Shown here: positions 61,242-64,000 of the stretch, one piece after another
Layout of the letters: each line of letters starts with the position of its first letter
How positions within the stretch are numbered: the first letter of the stretch is position 1
Assembly: GCA_977017645.1 (NCBI GenBank)
Contig: OZ360227.1
Location: 55,924,001 to 55,988,000 of the forward strand
DNA length: 64,000 nt
Source: Torpedo marmorata
Lineage: Eukaryota
Reading direction: 5' to 3'
Notes under the pieces: model-generated
Database searches by the model: none
What the model saw: the letters and a program-made list of their open reading frames with translations, nothing else
What the model was told of the DNA's origin: nothing
Position numbers and translations under genes: made by a program

Positions 61242-64000
61242 TGTTACAAAATCAAACCAGCAACGACAGAAGACGCAATGCAAAAGGGGTAAAATTGAAA
61301 TGATTATTTATTAAACACAAGTAAACATATAACTTCACAACAATTAACCCCACTATAAACGTCTATAAACTCTATTCTTATCTAAACGGTGTATGTGTGT
61401 GTAAAGCCCAGACCATTACAGTCTGTGCCCAACCCTTATGTAAAAATGGAAAAACTTTCCCCAAAAAAACCCCAGGTCAGTCATAAAAAAACAAGTCAGT
61501 CAAAAAAACAAAAGAATAATTCAGTCCACAAGATTCACTCTCTAAGTTCAGGCTTCAATTCAGCTCTGGGTCTGGTAGAAGTACTTCTGAATGAACGTTG
61601 GAGAGAGACAATGACTGTTATGCTTACAAATACTTGTTTTCTTCTCTGATGACGTCCCCTTCTTGTAGGTTCATAAGGATTGCAAGTTCCAGATCAGTAT
61701 ACCACTGATTTAGGCGTATGCTTGAATCTCACAGCTAGTCTCGCTGATCTCACGCCTGTTCTCCACAGAAGTTGCTTTTTGTCAGAATTTCTCTGAGGCA
61801 GGAGGCCATGTGCTATTTTGCCAGATTTCTCTGACTGCACACACCTGGATTTGGCTGTGTCTTGTAACCTTGCAACTCACAACTGTGTCTGCTTTGCAGA
61901 GATCTGCCCCTGTTTTTTGCAGAAGTGAAACAAATGTATCTTGTCGGGTCTCTCTCTGGTCTCTCTCTGTCTCTCTCTGTCTGGGTACACCAAGAGTGCA
62001 ACAATGTATCTGGTCTGGGTATACCAAGTAGCTGGGGAAGTTAACTCTTTCAGTACCTGGCCCCAGTGTATACTCCAAAAGAATTCATCCTTCCTGCTAA
62101 CCGTCCGCAGTCCAAATGGTCAGTCATGGTCCATAACACCTCCCACCCTCAAAGGAAATTTTGGTCTGCAAGAACAAAATTTAGGAAAGTAAGTGAGGTG
62201 TCAGAATATAAACAAAATCTACAATGTTTATCCACAAATACAAAATATGAACTATTTTCATTGATAAAGTTTAACATCTAGAAAGACAATCAGCAATTAC
62301 ATTATCTCTCCCTTTTATATGAGTGATTATCAAATTATATTCTTGCAAAATTAGACTCCAATTCAACAACCGTCGATTCTTATTTTTCATTTTACAAAGA
62401 AAAACCAATGGATTATGGTCAGTATACACTATGAGTGGTTTTTGAGCTGTACAGATATACACATCAAAGTGTTGTAGAGCCAACACAAGAGCCAACAACT
62501 CTTTCTCTATAGTTGAATAATTCCTTTGATGATCATTGAACTTCTTCGAGAAGTAGGATACCGGATGGTCAATGTCCTCTTCGTTCTTCTTCTGTAACAG
62601 CACCGCACCCACAGCTTCATCGCTAGCATCCACGGCTAAAGAAAACGACTGTTCTAAATTAGGTGACTTAAGCACAGGTTGGTGGCATAACATGGCTTTC
62701 AATTTGACAAATGCTTCCTGACAACCTGTTGACCATACAAATTTCTCTTTCTTTCTAAGCAAATTTGTGAGAGGGAGCGCAGATCAGCAAAGTTTTTACA
62801 GAACTTGCGGTAGTAGCCAATCATTCCCAGGAACCTCCTCAGAGTTTTCTTACCAGTTGGAACAGGGAACTCGGAAATAGCCACAACCTTTGCCTCTACT
62901 GACGCCAACTGCCCCTGTCCTACTACATAACTCTGAGAATTAACAGTCCCATGACCCTCTCTGAAACTGGTTCCATCTGTCTCCTCCTTACCCCTGTCAA
63001 TAACCAGTACCTCTGGTAAATGTTCAGTTCCTTTGTGTGGCACCTGTTCAAAATATGGCTTAATCATATTCACATGACAGACCTGTGTGTCTCGTCTGCG
63101 ATTAGGTGTTTCTATGACATAGGTGACCTCATTAATTTTTGACTTAACTCTATAGGGTCCTGAAAATCTAGCCCTAAGAGGATTTGAATGGATGGGAAAC
63201 AGAACTAATACGTTCTCACCAGGTTTAAAAGTTCTCATCTTCACCTTTCGATCATACCAAACCTTCATTCTCTGTTGAGTGGCCTTTAAATTCTCCTTTG
63301 CCATCTCACAAGCCCTATGTAACCGATCCTTAAATTTGGAAACATAATCTAACAGATTTAAATGCACATCACGATTAATCCACTGTTCTTTTAATAATCT
63401 TAAAGGACCTCTCACCTCATGTCCGAAAACTAACTCAAATGGATTAAAACCAAGCGAATCTTGGACAGACTCCCTCGCTGCAAATAACAACAAATGAACC
63501 CCCTCATCCCAATCCTTTTCCTTCTCACAACAATAGGTTCTAATCATGGTTTTCAAAGTCGAATGGAACCTCTCCAAGGCCCCTTGACTTTCTGGATGGT
63601 ACGCAGAGGATACAATCTGTTTAACTCCTAGTCCATCAACCACTTGTTGGAAAATGCCTGACATGAAATTACTGCCCTGATCTGATTGAATTTCCCTTGG
63701 CAAACCTACCAAGGTGAAAAACTTTACCATAGCCTTTACAATTGACTTTGCTTTTATATTTCTCAGAGGAATGGCCTCTGGAAATCTGGTGGCTGCACAC
63801 ATAATTGTTAACAAATATTCATTCCCCGCTTTGGTTTTGGGCAATGGGCCAACACAGTACACAATTATTCTCGAGAAAGGCTCACTGAAAGCAGGGATAG
63901 GTTGCAAGGGTGCCACCGGGGGACCCTGATTAGGTTTACCCACTACCTGACAAGTGTGACAGGCCCGGCAAAAGCTTACAACCTCCCTTCGCAAACTGGG
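61242..64000 (-). mobile_element. Second Gmr1-like copy (3' LTR 61242-62138, RH, INT), RT core deleted, continues beyond the window
   Basis: Highly similar to 28575-31172 but lacks 29369-30117; 1-nt frameshift near 62780; first integrase Asp changed to Tyr. Confidence 0.95.

Overview
Repeat-dense vertebrate genomic window. The repeat landscape (CR1, Rex1-type, Penelope, V-SINE- and DeuSINE-like elements) suggests a cartilaginous fish; this is an inference. It holds one clear host gene: frizzled-5 (fzd5, minus strand, uninterrupted CDS 21049-22758), with a probable 5'UTR intron, uORFs and a CCAAT-rich promoter. Most of the rest is nested mobile DNA. (1) A complete but inactivated Gmr1-like Ty3/gypsy element (27707-34345; order gag-PR-INT-RT-RH, tRNA-Pro PBS, 4-bp TSD), a second RT-deleted copy running off the right edge, and five further solo or partial LTRs of the same family. 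(2) Penelope-like elements whose ends carry minimal hammerhead-ribozyme-like motifs and form palindromic mini-elements. (3) Rex1-type LINEs whose structured 3' tail is shared by a 5S-rRNA-derived SINE and by a CpG-rich ~830-bp non-coding retroposon family. (4) A 5'-inverted L1 hosting an unrelated solo LTR. (5) A TA-flanked MITE containing a 49-bp satellite, and a 37-bp minisatellite born from CR1 coding sequence. There are two N gaps and possible remnants of a decayed gene at about 4.4-15.2 kb. All family names come from motif recognition by eye, not database searches, and boundaries of old fragments are approximate.
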